From contig CM038999.1 of assembly GCA_017499595.2 (NCBI GenBank), positions 2,480,001 through 2,544,000 on the forward strand: DNA of 64,000 nt. The letters run 5' to 3'. This stretch comes from Psilocybe cubensis. Taxonomy: Eukaryota. Under the pieces are notes generated by a model that did no database searches, was not told where the DNA came from, and worked only from the letters and a program-made list of their open reading frames with translations. The position numbers were made by a program, and so were the translations under genes. Shown one piece after another: positions 36,708 to 49,848 of the stretch (positions within the stretch are counted from its first letter, which is position 1; the number at the start of each line of letters is the position of its first letter).

Positions 36708-37188
36708 ACTTTGGTTCCTAACTAGAGTACTATGTTCTACCACATGACAGATTGAACCTCTATGCATTTTGTTATGAAACTTGTACACGCAATGTGAAGC
36801 CACTGAGTGCATTCGTCCTGTACTGATGTGAGGCCATCAGCTCTTACGTTACCTAAGTACGAATCTAGGCCTCTGTAATTATCGCATAAGTTCAAGCCTG
36901 ATGTGATGGAACTTACACGGCTCTCAACTCGGATTATCGCTGCTACTCATTAGTGAACCGGGGGTAGCCTGACCATACCTGCCGATTTTCCATCGAGTCA
37001 TTCCTTGCAAAGACATATCTGAGATTGGCTGGGTGTGCTTGAGATGAATCAATCCATTTGACATACTGCCACTGATATCAATTGGTCGCCAACAGGAGTG
37101 ATGGGATCAAGTATTTAAGGTGTAAGGTATGTCTTGAAGATGCGCAAAGCCCGCATAGATTGGAATCCCACTTTGCTTGCACTTTGCA

Positions 37189-38630
37189 ATGACTACATTG
37201 ACCGGTGGACCACTGCCGCCTCGCAGAGTTGTACCTCCTCCTCCGCAACCTAGAGTAATAGACAACAATTCCATGTTCCACCCAGGTCAGTCATCATGCA
37301 TCACAAGTGACTGCTGTCAGCTTAGTTGTGCGCACCCTGTATAGCACCTGCTCCTCCGGTACCTCCTCGTGGAGGCATGAGGTCACCTATAACACCCGTT
37401 TTCAACGTCCCGCACAAGACACCATGCGACGACAACTCTGTTGATTTGTCTAGACTTTTGGCAAGAAAGCCTCCTCCACCACCGGTCCGGTCAAAGAATT
37501 TTGTTCCTGCAACTCAGATTGTGACTCACATTCGACCAGTGGCTTTTCATCCCCCGCCACTAAATTTATCCTCAAAACCTGTCGTGGTTGAGGAAGACCC
37601 GGTGCAGATAGTAGCAACTCCCTATCCTGAAATTCCCTCATGTCTGCAGTGCAGAGATTTCTCCAAAGTAGACGCACATGCAGCACTATTCCCAAGAACA
37701 TCGGTGCATTCCTTGCAAAATCTGGCCCTTGGTCTAGAGGAACCTTTCGAGGATGAGGTGGACAAAGCGAGAGTCATCTTCACGTGGCTACATTGCAACA
37801 TAGCGTACGATGCTGTATCCTTTTTGACTGGCAATGTGCAGCCTTCGACTCCTGAATCAACATTGGCGTCCGGTCTGGCAGTGTGCGAGGGTTACGCAGG
37901 CTTATTTGAACAGCTTGGAGAGCTGATGGGTTTGCAGGTACATACGGTGTCAGGGCACGGAAAAGGGTACAGCTACCAGCCACTTAAAGCAGGTGATGCG
38001 ATCCCAGAGAAAAGCAGTGGCCATGCATGGAATTGCATTCTCCTCAATGGTGAATGGCACTTGGTCGATCCTTGCTGGGGGGCCGGAGTATTGACTGGGA
38101 GCGGCACATACGAAGCCAAGTTCTCGCCTCACTGGTTTATCTCATCCCCCAGCGAGTTCGGACGAACACATTTCCCTACAGATCCTTCCTTTCAGCTGAC
38201 GCCCGAGCAGACCACATGGGAAGAGTACATTCTAGCACCAGAGACACCGGTTATAACGTCCGATTTTCATCTGTATGGATACCACCCAATGTTCTTGCAA
38301 CCTTCAGAAAAACATGTACCAGAACGACAATTCGTGCAATTTAGTGTATCGAAGAGATGCCAACATGCATCGATGGCAGTTGCTGATAACTATTTGCTCG
38401 TGATCAGTACCAATGACAAAGACTTCGTTCCCCTGGCCTTTAGTGAGGAACTCGATGCATGGACGGTTAACATTTTCACTCCAAGGAATGGCGACATCAC
38501 CTTGTATATCGTAAATTCCGTCAATGCTCAAGATGCAAGGGGTTTAAGCATTGAAGGATTTGGCAAAGCCAAAGGTCGGAAAGTAATGGGTTTCAAGGGC
38601 CTCGCGATGTGGTCTGTGGCCCACTTATGA
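37189..38630 (+). CDS. Transglutaminase-like (Cyk3/kyphoscoliosis peptidase-like) protein with Pro-rich N-terminus
   Basis: IFTWLHCNIAYD, AVCEGYAGLF (Cys), GHAWN (His), LVDPCWGAG (Asp); one intron near 37285-37342. Confidence 0.88.
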
Positions 38631-38793
38631 GAAGTTGCAGACTCCTGTAGAATCAAGGGAAGCAATATGATCTATTAAACGAATACCTTCGAAAGCAGAC
38701 GTCAACAAAGGCTGTATCAATATTTGGTATATGCATGTATACGTAGTTTAGTACTAAAATACGTGGTTCGAATTAGTTTAGCCACGGGCTCAT

Positions 38794-40904
38794 TTATGAG
38801 ACAACGATTCCTTGCCCCTCCAGGTATCTCGAAAGGTCGTTGATAAGCTCCAATTGCTGATCGACGGTGAGTCCGCTGACGATTGTTTGCAAAATCCCTC
38901 CTACGGTGACATGGTGCACTCGAATGAGGCTGCTGTAGTAGACATAGGTAAAAATACCCATCAAGAACCTATGGAATCCATGTAAGGTACTGCTAGTAAG
39001 AAGAAAATGCGGCCGCCTTACTGGCAATCCATACGATCGGTCATTCCACCATGACCTGGAATGCTATGTCCAAAATCTTTAATATTGAAAGCACGTTTGA
39101 ACCCAGAGGCGAAGAACCCTCCGAACGGCGCTACAAGAGACGCGAAACCCGCAAGCACTAGCAAGTGGAATTGATATGGAGCGTATGAGATTGTGTTCAC
39201 GGTGTGACCAGTCTGTAAGGTAGAATGAGAACGGACGAGCATGAGAAACACAAAGCATTTACCACTGAATTCAGAAACGATGAAAGTGGTTGCCAAAGTT
39301 TCCAAGTTTTCCATACAAACACTGGGTTTGGTGTGCACTGAGTTGAGTTCCATGCGCTTACGCCAAGGTCGTGCACAGGGCAGATCATGTAATTGAATCT
39401 CATGAAGTAGGCACCCCAAAACACGGAAAAAATCATAGTGCTTATGAACGCGCCGACAAATCCTTCGACCGTCTTCTTCGGCGAAAGCTTGATCAGAGGG
39501 GTACGGCCAACGGTGACGCCCCAAATATAGGCAAAACAATCATTGCAGATCACCAACGAAGCGGGAACCCAGAACCAAATGAGTCCCTCCAAGATATTGT
39601 TGACAATAAAATGACTGCATAATAGGTTAGCACGGCCTTTTGATTATCCCGTAGCGATGCCTACCTACCTAGAAACAACAATCAACAGTAAACTCATATG
39701 AACCCAACAGAAGAGGCCAAATTGCTGCTTGAGGTACCCTTTCTTCAAAGACATCACAAAACCCATGAAACCTATGATGTATAGAGTGAAGCTAATCATA
39801 CGATGATTTGTGGCAAATGGTAGAAGATTCGCATCTGCAAACACTACATGCTATCAAACATATTAGAATGAATGTTGTTTGAAAAACAAGTAATGATATA
39901 CCTTAAAATAGTAGATGATGCTTTCTCCATACAAGAAATAGTTTGTAACAGCGAAGAAGTACCAGTTAAGGGTCTTGCTCCAGGGGTCTCTTCCTTTCAA
40001 GGGTTCCACGTCTCGCGACTCCGGGGTTGCTGTTTTGAGTGAAAACAGAGCTGTAACCTCCCTGTAGACCAAAGTCTGGCAAAGCATAACCAACAGGATC
40101 ATATAAGTGTGGCCAAGCAACAAGAGACCTATTAAAAAGCCTTAAATATCAAAGGCAATCACACGAATTTGGCGATGGTTACCTATGAAGCCACCTATCA
40201 TAATAAACGTCCAGATAACACGGGTTAATACATTTTGCCTTTTTTTGATTTGCTCTGAATCGACGGCCCCATCTTTCTCTGGAACAGACTTGGATACCGA
40301 CCCATTTGAAGGTGGTGAGGCGACGGAGATGTGATTTTCGCTGATTCTTGATCCCACTTTCGGTTTGGGAATAGGTAAAGCAGGCGACGTCTTAGGCGCC
40401 ACAGATCCTTCCTTTTCAATGGTTGGAGATTCTTTGGAAACAAAAGTCGGCCCATTAGAGCTGTCTTTTTCCTGCAAGGCCGCCTCAGTTGGAAAAGTGA
40501 GCTCAGGGGTTCTTCCAGTCACAGGTGGCTCAATTAAAGCCTCCTCAACAACTGGGTTTAGGCATTTCGGGTCGGCTGGGGTGTCGTCGCTGCTGGCTCC
40601 AGATGCCTCTTTCCTTCTTGCTGCTGCCTTGTTTTGCTTTTCGCGTTGTCTCGCTTCCATACGGGCAACACGTTGAGCTTTTTTAATGGCGGATTTGGTT
40701 GGTTTAACGGGTTCCTTGGGCGCACTACCGACGCATGTGTGAATAAGTTCTTGGTGACAAGTAAATAGCTAACCTCCCCTGTGCGTTTTCGGCATCAGAC
40801 AGATGCTCCTCTTCTGTTTCCTCACCAGAGTCTACAGCGAGGGCATCAAACGTAGTCTTGGACGCAAATATGGTCTTGGGAGCGGACATGTTGGCTTTGC
40901 TCAT
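38794..40904 (-). CDS. CDS1: Phosphatidate cytidylyltransferase (CDP-DAG synthase)
   Basis: [39 protein letters not shown]. Confidence 0.96.
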
Positions 40905-41196
40905 GGTGTACACCGAGAACGAAAGTTGGGTCAGGCTCCAACAGAGGGTCGGACTTAGGAGCACTGACTTTTATTTTTGGACACGCAATGCGCTCTTGTT
41001 TGGAATCATCAACTGAACCTAACATAAAAGCGCCCATAAAAGCAAACTCAGACTATCTACTTATAAAAGTTATAAACCTACATCTGATCTACAACACTTG
41101 GGATTATATTGAGCTACCTACCAGTGACAAGTGATTGTCCAGAGTAAGACAGAATTCATGTCCATATACGAGTATACTACGCAAGTCCAGATGCTC

Positions 41197-44100
41197 TCAA
41201 AACTTCCATTCCTTTTCCACCTCCATTGCCCAAGGGACTGGAAAGGCAAAAATGAGACATGTAAGGGACAAACTGACCAACGTCCACTTACACTTTGTCA
41301 CCAGCGTTTTGGAGAAGATTTTCTCGATAGGAACATCATGTATTTGGCACCAGGCCGCAGTGATGCTTTGGAGTGATTGAGTATTAGGGAAAAATAACTA
41401 TACTGATAAAACACACCGTGGATCAAGGTAATTGATTTTGCTGAGCGAGCGCCCAAATCAGCTCTTTGTTTCGCCAGTACAATCGAATTACACACCTTGT
41501 TCCCAGCGCAACCTCTTTACCTGCATCTCGGTCGTCGATTTGCAGCTTGAAGGACTTGATCTTGTCAGTAAGTTTATCGATGGCATCCTCTATTTTTTCG
41601 GCAGAACGTTCACGCTTCATAGCTGCTTTGCCAGTGCCCCGCTCCTTGGCAAGCTGCTTGAATTCTTCTTCAATATCAGCGATTCTTCCTTTCAGGACAG
41701 AATCCTTCTGTGGTTTAGCACCCTCTTCCACAAGTTTTTCGTTCTCTTTAGCGAACTTTTTCTCCGCCTTCTCAATTTCTTTGGCCTTCAGGTTATTCTC
41801 ATGTTCGGCTATCCAATCATCGTCCAGGTCGCTTTCGTCATCTTTGTACTTAGGCTTTTTCTTGTATTTTGGGTCAAGCTTGAAAAGAGCATGCCGCAAC
41901 TTCATTCTCTCGTATTTGAATGTACGATGCTGCAAAAGACGTCACGAAAGGAAGGAATGAATAACCCGCAAAAACATACCTTGTATCGCATTTTCTCCAT
42001 TGATTGGTCGTGCGTTTTAGGTGCACTACGTTGATGGTTACATAAAATAGCCACCTCACGATTTGCTGAATTGTAGGCGTTCAACTTTTCCTGGAGAGTG
42101 GCATTCTTAAGATCTTCTGCGTCCAAAAGCCTTTGGAATGTGATGGATGCATTGAAAGTACGGAAGACTTTTGCTGTCAACCCCTTCATCTCATTGGTGA
42201 GGTGCTTGTTGAGGGAGCTGGTCTGTCACGTATGTCAGAACCACATCATCTTCCAATTAAATCACCCCAAACTTACCGTTACGCGGTCGAAGAGATTATC
42301 ATCGTCATTCTTGTTCTCCTTAAAGATTCGAATGTTTTTGAAGACCTGTGCTTCGACGGGGACTCTGTTGTAGTACCTTATTGAATCCTTTCCCAGGAAA
42401 TCGAATATAATGAAATTCGGGGATTCTAATGTGACATGCTCGCAGCGCAACGAACAACAACCGACTGTGTCGGCCTCGTCTTCACCCTTCTCGTTACCAG
42501 CACGAAGAGCGAGCTTGTCGATAAAATACATTGCAGTCGCACGTTGTCGATCAGCCATCACTTTAGACTTCAGATCAACCTCGTAATTTTGTCGTATCCT
42601 TTCAACATGATTCTGAACATAACAACGATGAAGTCGCAGTCAAGAAGCCACCGAAATTTGGGATAAGTACCTTCAGTTCCCGGGCCTTTTCGAACTTTTG
42701 CATGTCGCTTTGGCCTTTCAGTGAACTACCTGCAGCCAAGAACACATATTTGTGATTGCCGTTGATATTTTCTGTCCAATTTGCCAACCAAGTAACAGTG
42801 TTGTCGTGGCTGATTGCTTTCCACTGGCCAGGCATATTGGGTACAGGAATAGGAGCATTTTGGCCAATGTTAAGAGTAATGTCTTCGGGTCTTACACGAA
42901 ACTTGAATAGTATATCAGTGGTATGTATAAAGAAACTCTAGATCTTGGTAGCTTACTTTAAGTGCCCCTTTCTTGGGGTGATCTCCACGTCCTCTAAACA
43001 AACCTGGAGGTTCAACCCTGAAATTCCCCACTTTCTCTTTGCGTCCATCGAGGAGGCAAGTAGTATATTTCGCTTCCATTTCATCCCTGGCTTTCTTGGC
43101 GGCTTTCTTTTCTTCTGCAGTCATAGCCTTCTTTTTTGCTTTCTCGGCCTCAAAATGTTCATACATAGGCCGGAAATCGCAAAGCTCAAATTGTGTGATC
43201 TGGGTTCCATCTAGCTAAAAGGTGGTTCAATAGATAATCACCGTAAGGTAAGACATCGCTCACCGGTGGATGCTTCTTCATGACTGTCTTCCAATCCTCA
43301 AAAAAGTTCTTATTAAAAGTTGCATCTCTAGCATGATCGGTTTCCAATAGCGCTGCATAGAAACCAGCAACTTCCTCAGCCTCGACAGAGAGGTGGACTG
43401 GTTGCCCTAAAAAGAGGTTAATAGTTCAATCCGAATGAGTGATATGGATAACAATCCCATACCGTTATACCTCATCTTAACGTTAACCGGCAACGGTTCA
43501 TACGGTGGAGGAAAAATGACTCCGTTATGTTCAAGAGTAGTCCATTTGATAGTACCATCGCCGTTGGGATCTGCGTCCCACCATCGGAATACCTCTTCAG
43601 GTTCCTCTTCTTTCTCTTGTTTCTTCTTTCCTTTCGTCTTCACAGGTGATTTATCGTCCTCTTCTTTCTTTGTCTTGCGCGCTTTCTTTGGCTTTGGCGT
43701 TTCTGACTCTGATTTATCTTCTTCCCCCTTTATCTTCTTTCGCCTAGACTTAGTGGGTGCCTTCTTGGATGTCACCGTCTCGGCCTCTGAATCGCTTTCC
43801 ACCTTTGGCTTGCGCTTACGAGTAGTAGAGCGTGCCTTGGGCACAGGCGCTGCGTCATTATCTTTGTCGCTTGCATCGCTCTCCTCTTTAACCTTCTTTC
43901 TTGCAGGCTTAGCTCGGCCATTGGATGCTCGACGTTTCGTGGGCGCGTTCCCTAAGTTGGATGAGTTGTCGTCCGAATTACTTGGCTCTTTCTTCGGCTT
44001 TACGTTCCCATTGGCTTTCGTGGGCTTTGCTGGTGAAGATGCAAGGGGGATATCATCATCACTAGATGACTCGGCATAAACTGGCTTTTTTCTCTTTAGG

Positions 44101-44351
44101 TTGCGAGGAGGAAGCGACGTGGCGTCAGTGCGTGTAGTCTGGGACTGGACAAGAGTGACAAGGCCGTTAATATTAGACCAAATAATATACTCTGAGGATA
44201 GTACCAATGGCAAGTCATCATCATCGCTCATACTATGGTTCTCATCCTTGTGAAGATGGTTTCCATTCATGAGAGAGTCGGATTCATGTCCGTTTGACCC
44301 TGTTGCTTTGGTTGACGCTTCGATGTCTGAAATCATTGGTGAATTGGGCAT
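41197..44351 (-). CDS. TOP1: DNA topoisomerase I (type IB)
   Basis: [51 protein letters not shown], catalytic S|KINYLDPR. Confidence 0.98.
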
Positions 44352-44685
44352 GAACGAAGGAACAGGAAGGTGGTCTAAAAGAACGGCTAAAAATGCGCGT
44401 AGAGAATAAAATTTGTTTGATCCTTGGTAATACAATGTAGAGAGGAGGTGGGACAGTAGATGAAGGCTTGTGTGACACCAGTTGATCAAATTTGCCAAGT
44501 CTTTAAGACCGGCCCTTAAGTGCCAGATCACGACTATTGTTGATGCTTAGTCATAATACTGACTTCAGTTGTCGAGTAGGACTGAAGCAAAGGCGTCCCA
44601 ACACCTTGAACACTATTCTTCAATGTGAGATTCAAGCTAATTTCTTTATATCAGAATTGCGCTAATGCACACTGACAAAGAAAAC

Positions 44686-44886
44686 ATGTCTAACCTTCCT
44701 TTGTTCAGAGATCCTTGGGCCAAACGGGAAGCTTGGAGGAAGAATCCCGTCTTTGGCAATCGCGTCCTTCTCCGAAACATATTCCCCGGGTTCGGGATTG
44801 CCGTTGTCGCTTTTACTGCATACGTCGTTGTGGATAATGTATACCTCAGCGCAAGAAATATCGATTCACATCACGGCCACCATTGA
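44686..44886 (+). CDS. NDUFB3: NADH:ubiquinone oxidoreductase B12 subunit
   Basis: RDPWAKREAWR, FPGFGIAVVAF single TM, His-rich tail. Confidence 0.9.
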   Translation: MSNLPLFRDPWAKREAWRKNPVFGNRVLLRNIFPGFGIAVVAFTAYVVVDNVYLSARNIDSHHGHH

Positions 44887-45225
44887 TCACGGTACGTTAA
44901 TCTTTCAAGCATCTTTACACACTTTCTCTAATTTGGAATCAAGTTGCAGTTTCTCACAAGCTTTGTCCGATGCCGCCATCCTCTTCAACATGACATTTCA
45001 TGAAAGGACCTTGCGCTTCAATAAATAAACTTCATTTGTCTTGAATTTTTTTTTCGTTACGGTAATAATATCCGACAGTCAGCCAGAGCGCATATATTCT
45101 ATGAGATACCATTCTATTCACTTCGCCGGCTCGGGTGTCTTTCATGCCGTCTTTAGCTATCTAATGAACCCCTTATCGATTTGAGAAGAAGTTTGCCGAG
45201 TCAACATTGGAATTTCATGTCTGTT

Positions 45226-47160
45226 TCAGCACCCTTGCAGAAACCGTTTGTAGACACTATTGCCAGTTTCTTCGACATATGCGTAGTCAAGTTTTTCTAA
45301 GAAGGCTAGAAAATCTGCTGATTCGTTGTCAGGGACCTGAATTCCGGCAAGGACCTTCCCCAAGTCTAAATGTTCATTCATTATCAACAAATGCACAAAG
45401 CCTGTGAGGGACTCGCCTCCGCCGTGATTTCTGTAATGGAACAAGGAGATGTTCCATCCCTTTTGTATTCCTAATAAGAATTTTCGAAGGGCTCCAGGGC
45501 GCTCCGGGAAGGCTGTTCACAGAAAGGATGAGCATACTGTCTTTTTTATTTTTCAGAATCAGAATAACATACCGAATCTGAATACTCTCTCATTTGGAAC
45601 TTTTTGGCAGCCTCCGATCATGTACCTAACGTGACTTTTCGCCATTTCGTCGTCGCTAATATCGAACCCTTTCATATCCGCTTCATTGAGGGACCATAGG
45701 ATTTGACGAACTTCAGTTTGTCGCGAAGTAGATTGAAGTTTGAAGGATAACAAGACATGAGCCCTGTCTCCAGAAACGTTATAACGGTATATGAATTCAG
45801 TGACGGCTCGAGGATGAATTATAGAATGTAAGGCTATGAAACTAGGGGATAGTTAAATGTTATGTTGATATTCAAAAACTGGATACTCGCCTTCCTGGAC
45901 GCTCAGGAATATCGACACTAAGGAGGGCCTCTCGCCCTTCTCCTAATTCCGCTCGTTCAGCCACGAAACGTAGGCGGTCGAAATTCATGTTTGCCCCACT
46001 GACAACAACAACGAACTTCTTTTGGGAACCAATCAGATTATTTTCGATGATATAATGTTTCAAACCAGCAAGCGCTAACGCTCCTGCAGGCTCAGTTACA
46101 GATCGCGTCTCTAAAATGTGCGTCAGAACAGGTAGAACAGACAAGAAGTAGTACCGACCTTCGAAGATATCCTTTATAGCGGCACATATCTCATCATTAT
46201 CCGCTTTCACCACACTGTCAAGATTCTGTTTGCAAATCCTAAACGGCTCCTCTCCTACAATTTTCACCGCAGTACCATCGCTAAAGGGCCCAACTTCGTG
46301 AAGAGTAACTCTGTCGCCCTTTTCCAGACTCCTTGCCATCGCATCCCCATCGACAGTCTCCACACCAATTACTTTGGTATTTGGATTTCCAATCCTTTTG
46401 ACGTATTCACTGATACCAGCAACCAGCCCTCCACCTCCTACAGCTGCAAATATTGCACTAAGTTGTTCTGACTCAGGCAATTGTTTTAATACTTCCATTC
46501 CAACAGTCCCTTGGCCAGCGATGACCAATGGGTCGTCGTATGGGGGAACAAATATAAGGCCATGGACTGAAGCTAAGCGTGCGCATTCGGCCTTTGCTTC
46601 GTCAAAGTCGGCTCCGTGCAAAACGACTTTGGCACCAAGTCGAGCAACGTTTCGCACTTTGATGTCAGGGGTGCCTTGGGGCATTACGATAGTACATGGG
46701 ATTCCCAGTCGAGAGCCAGAGAGAGCAACACCCTGAGCATGATTTCCTGTGTACATGATATCCATTAAATTTGCAGCAATAAGACGGCAATGGGCATATT
46801 TAGGTGGGGCTCCTACGCCAGAATACATGCACACTGACCAGCACTACACGTAATAACACCTTTCCATCGCTCTTCTTCGGACAAATTGGCCATGAAATTA
46901 TAGGCACCCCGGATCTTGAAGCTAAAAACCTCTTGCATATCTTCGCGCTTCAACCATATCTGATTTCCGAGTTTTGCGCTCAGGTTTGTAGCAAGGACAA
47001 GCGGGGTCTCCTTCAGGATCTCGTAGACCTTGGATGTTAATATAAGTCTAATGTAATCTGGAGTATCAGATGATGGAAGTAGGTGGTGTTTTGACAAGCG
47101 AGGATATTGGAGTGGCTGAGGAGCATTAGAAGCGTATTCTATAGTTGCAGCTGGGGCCAT
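45226..47160 (-). CDS. ILV1: Biosynthetic threonine dehydratase
   Basis: [18 protein letters not shown] (PLP Lys), [26 protein letters not shown]-terminal ACT-like repeats PERPG. Confidence 0.97.
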
Positions 47161-47354
47161 TGTAAATGTAAACGAGGATGGATGGTGGTCGAAAAAATAG
47201 TCAAGCTATTTACAGGAAATGACTGTTCATTATCTCCGAAACCGGCACATTGATCGGGCGATCGACTCTGGAGGTCACATGGGTGCAGATTCCAGGTCCG
47301 TTGACTGGAGCACAGACCTTAACCTATCCCTTCCAACTTATCATTCCCACTTAC

Positions 47355-49407
47355 ATGGCGCAGGCGTCTTCAATGGGCCCTCCTCTATCTCCGCGTGAAA
47401 CCAGACGCTCTGGTCGACGTTCAGCTCCCTCTGCTTCTGCTAGTGCCTCCAAATCTCCCGATTCAGACCAACCCCCTCGAGACAAAGTTGCGTCTTCCAG
47501 AGGCAGTCAGTCTTCCGCCACCATACGAAACACTAGAAAGCTCAAATTGGAAGAGTGGGAAGATGCTATAGATGTTCCATATCCTCCTTCTGCAGGAGCG
47601 AGTGCGTCAGGGTCGAATAATGGGAGCAACAAAGCTAAAAGAAAGGCCAAGGACAAGGATAAAAGCAAGACTTTCACAAGTAACAGTGCAGAGGATGTCG
47701 AAACTGCCTCAGTGGATGGCCAAGCTCAGGATTTGCCTGAAGAGGAGGAAGAACAAGGCATTACACGATGTGTTTGTGGTAGCGCTGGTGAGTCTACTCC
47801 ATGTTTGTCCGTTAAATGGCTAATTTCACGCCAGAGGATGATCCGGACGCCGGCGAGTTCATGGTGCAATGCGAAACTTGCAAAGTTTGGCAGCATGGTC
47901 TATGCATGGGTTATCAATCCGAAGACCAAGTCCACGACGATGATTACTATTGCGAATTATGTCGGCCTGAATTGCATGTTGAACTTCTGAAGTACGTACA
48001 CGAAATCTCTCAATAGTTGCTGCATATACATGGTTTCTTTGCTAGGAAACTTGCCAACAAGAGACCTCGACAGACTTCGGCAGCATCACGCCAGGATCCT
48101 TCAGCAAATTCGCGCGTTTCCCGGTCGCATTCCCCTTCTCATTTATTGAAGCAACAGTCGAAGCGTAGAAATACGATGAACAGCAGGGATGCGGCTTTCG
48201 ATGAAAGTTTGAAGGAAATAATTGAAGCAACTGCCGCAGAGGCAGCTGCAGCTGAGCCCACGTCCACCAACGATACCAACGTCATCCCCTCAGAAAGCAG
48301 TGAAGCCTCCAAAAGGAAAAGAAAACGTACTGAAGATGACACGTAAGTTCTGATTGCAAGTATTTATACTCTGTTCATTCTTTTTTCAGTATCATGAAAA
48401 AGCGCACTCGTTCAGCTTCTACAACCTCGGAGGTCCAAAGCGAGACTGCGCCCCCACCCGACCTAGCCGTCACAGACAAGGCCGTATCAACAAAAAATTC
48501 TGGGAATAAGAACAAAAGAGGAGGAGCACGAAAGCCGGTTACGGTGGACAGTGCTTCCGCCGAGGCTGACGATGGTTTGCGCATCTACTTTGTTTGCACT
48601 GATATAATGCTGACATTATTTTTAGCCATTCCCACTGGCAAGCGACCTACAAACAATCCGCGCAGTAGAAATCTTGCCACTGCCAAACGACCTCCCCTCT
48701 CGCATTCAATCTCTCATGGATCTGGCGCACTCGCTCACGAACATGGAACCAGGCGAAACCAAATAGGCACTGGAGGAGCGTCAACAGGAATCAGTGCAGC
48801 AGATGCCCGTGCCTATCGAAATTCCCATGCATATGCTGTCTCCCAGCAAACCCTATTCACTTCGTGGAATCTTCCCGATTATCTTTCGCATCTCGAACCG
48901 ATGCTACCAACGCATATTCCCCAACCTTTGGAGGTGCGATCGGGCACCTCTGGCGTTACCCCAGGTTCTAGGGGACAGAGTGCCGAACTGACTATGGAAC
49001 GTGGGGTGAAAGTCAAATGGCCAGCGAAGCGCATGAGTGTTGGTGACATGAACAAACGCGTGCGCGCTTTAGTGGAGTGGGTAGGCAGAGAGCAGGCAAA
49101 TGCTCTTGATCGAGGTCGTAGAAGAGAGGCATTGGAGGCATCCTTACGTGAGCAACAAAACAACAGTAACAACATGGTTGAGGAAGGCGAAGATATTTTG
49201 ATGTTAAGTGATCCACCAGGTTCAACTGGGGCCCCACAAACTGCAAAAATTGCTGTTGAACCCATGCTAATGTCGGAAAGCGCCTTGGAGATGTCGGCAC
49301 AAACAATGAAGATGATGGAAGAGCTAATGGAAGAACTAATTGGTTTCCAGGAAAGGTTTGGGCCGGGCGCTAAGAGTCGAGATCGCGAACGAAGAATAGC
49401 GACATAG
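47355..49407 (+). CDS. CTI6: PHD-finger protein, Cti6-like (Rpd3L HDAC complex)
   Basis: ITRCVCG, MVQCETCKVWQHGLCMG, YYCELCRPELH, KRRNTMNSRD, SVGDMNKRVRALVEWV. Confidence 0.82.
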
Positions 49408-49848
49408 ATTCTTGTGTTTATTCTCTCCCTCCTCTTCCCTCTTTATTTCTGTCCTTCATTAAATTTGCCATAAGTTTGGCCTTTTTGTGTTTTTGCAACC
49501 AATTTTCATCAAATTACTCAATTATAACATACTTCGTGGGGTTTTAATTTTGATATTGTTCTTGTTCAAATTGAATTGAACACAGCCGCTGGCACTATTA
49601 GGCCCTGTTCGGTAGCAACTCACGGCGTGAGTTACTAACTCATGATTTCCATATTTGGTGCTTTGTGACGACTTTTACCACTGGCTGAGCACAGTCACCC
49701 ATCAGTCACATCGTCCAATATGTATATCTTCGCCATTTATGGAAATCGTTTAGTGGTCACGGTTGCAATATTTCATACATAGCCAGTACCGCCATCGCCC
49801 TCTCAATTTCGTCTGCGGCTTAGGCCTTAAAGGACGCGTTGGACGCAT

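Noticed and set aside
36895..37080. Possible snoRNAs downstream of RPS23
   Set aside because: Degenerate C boxes and no identifiable guide; needs snoscan or Infernal
38762..38786. GGTTCGAAT T-loop-like motif as a tRNA
   Set aside because: No cloverleaf or A box; only a weak hairpin between convergent 3' ends
41432..44079. Long antisense ORFs (164-214 aa) over TOP1, and similar ones over other genes
   Set aside because: Expected by-products of Lys/Glu/Ser-rich coding sequence; no motifs
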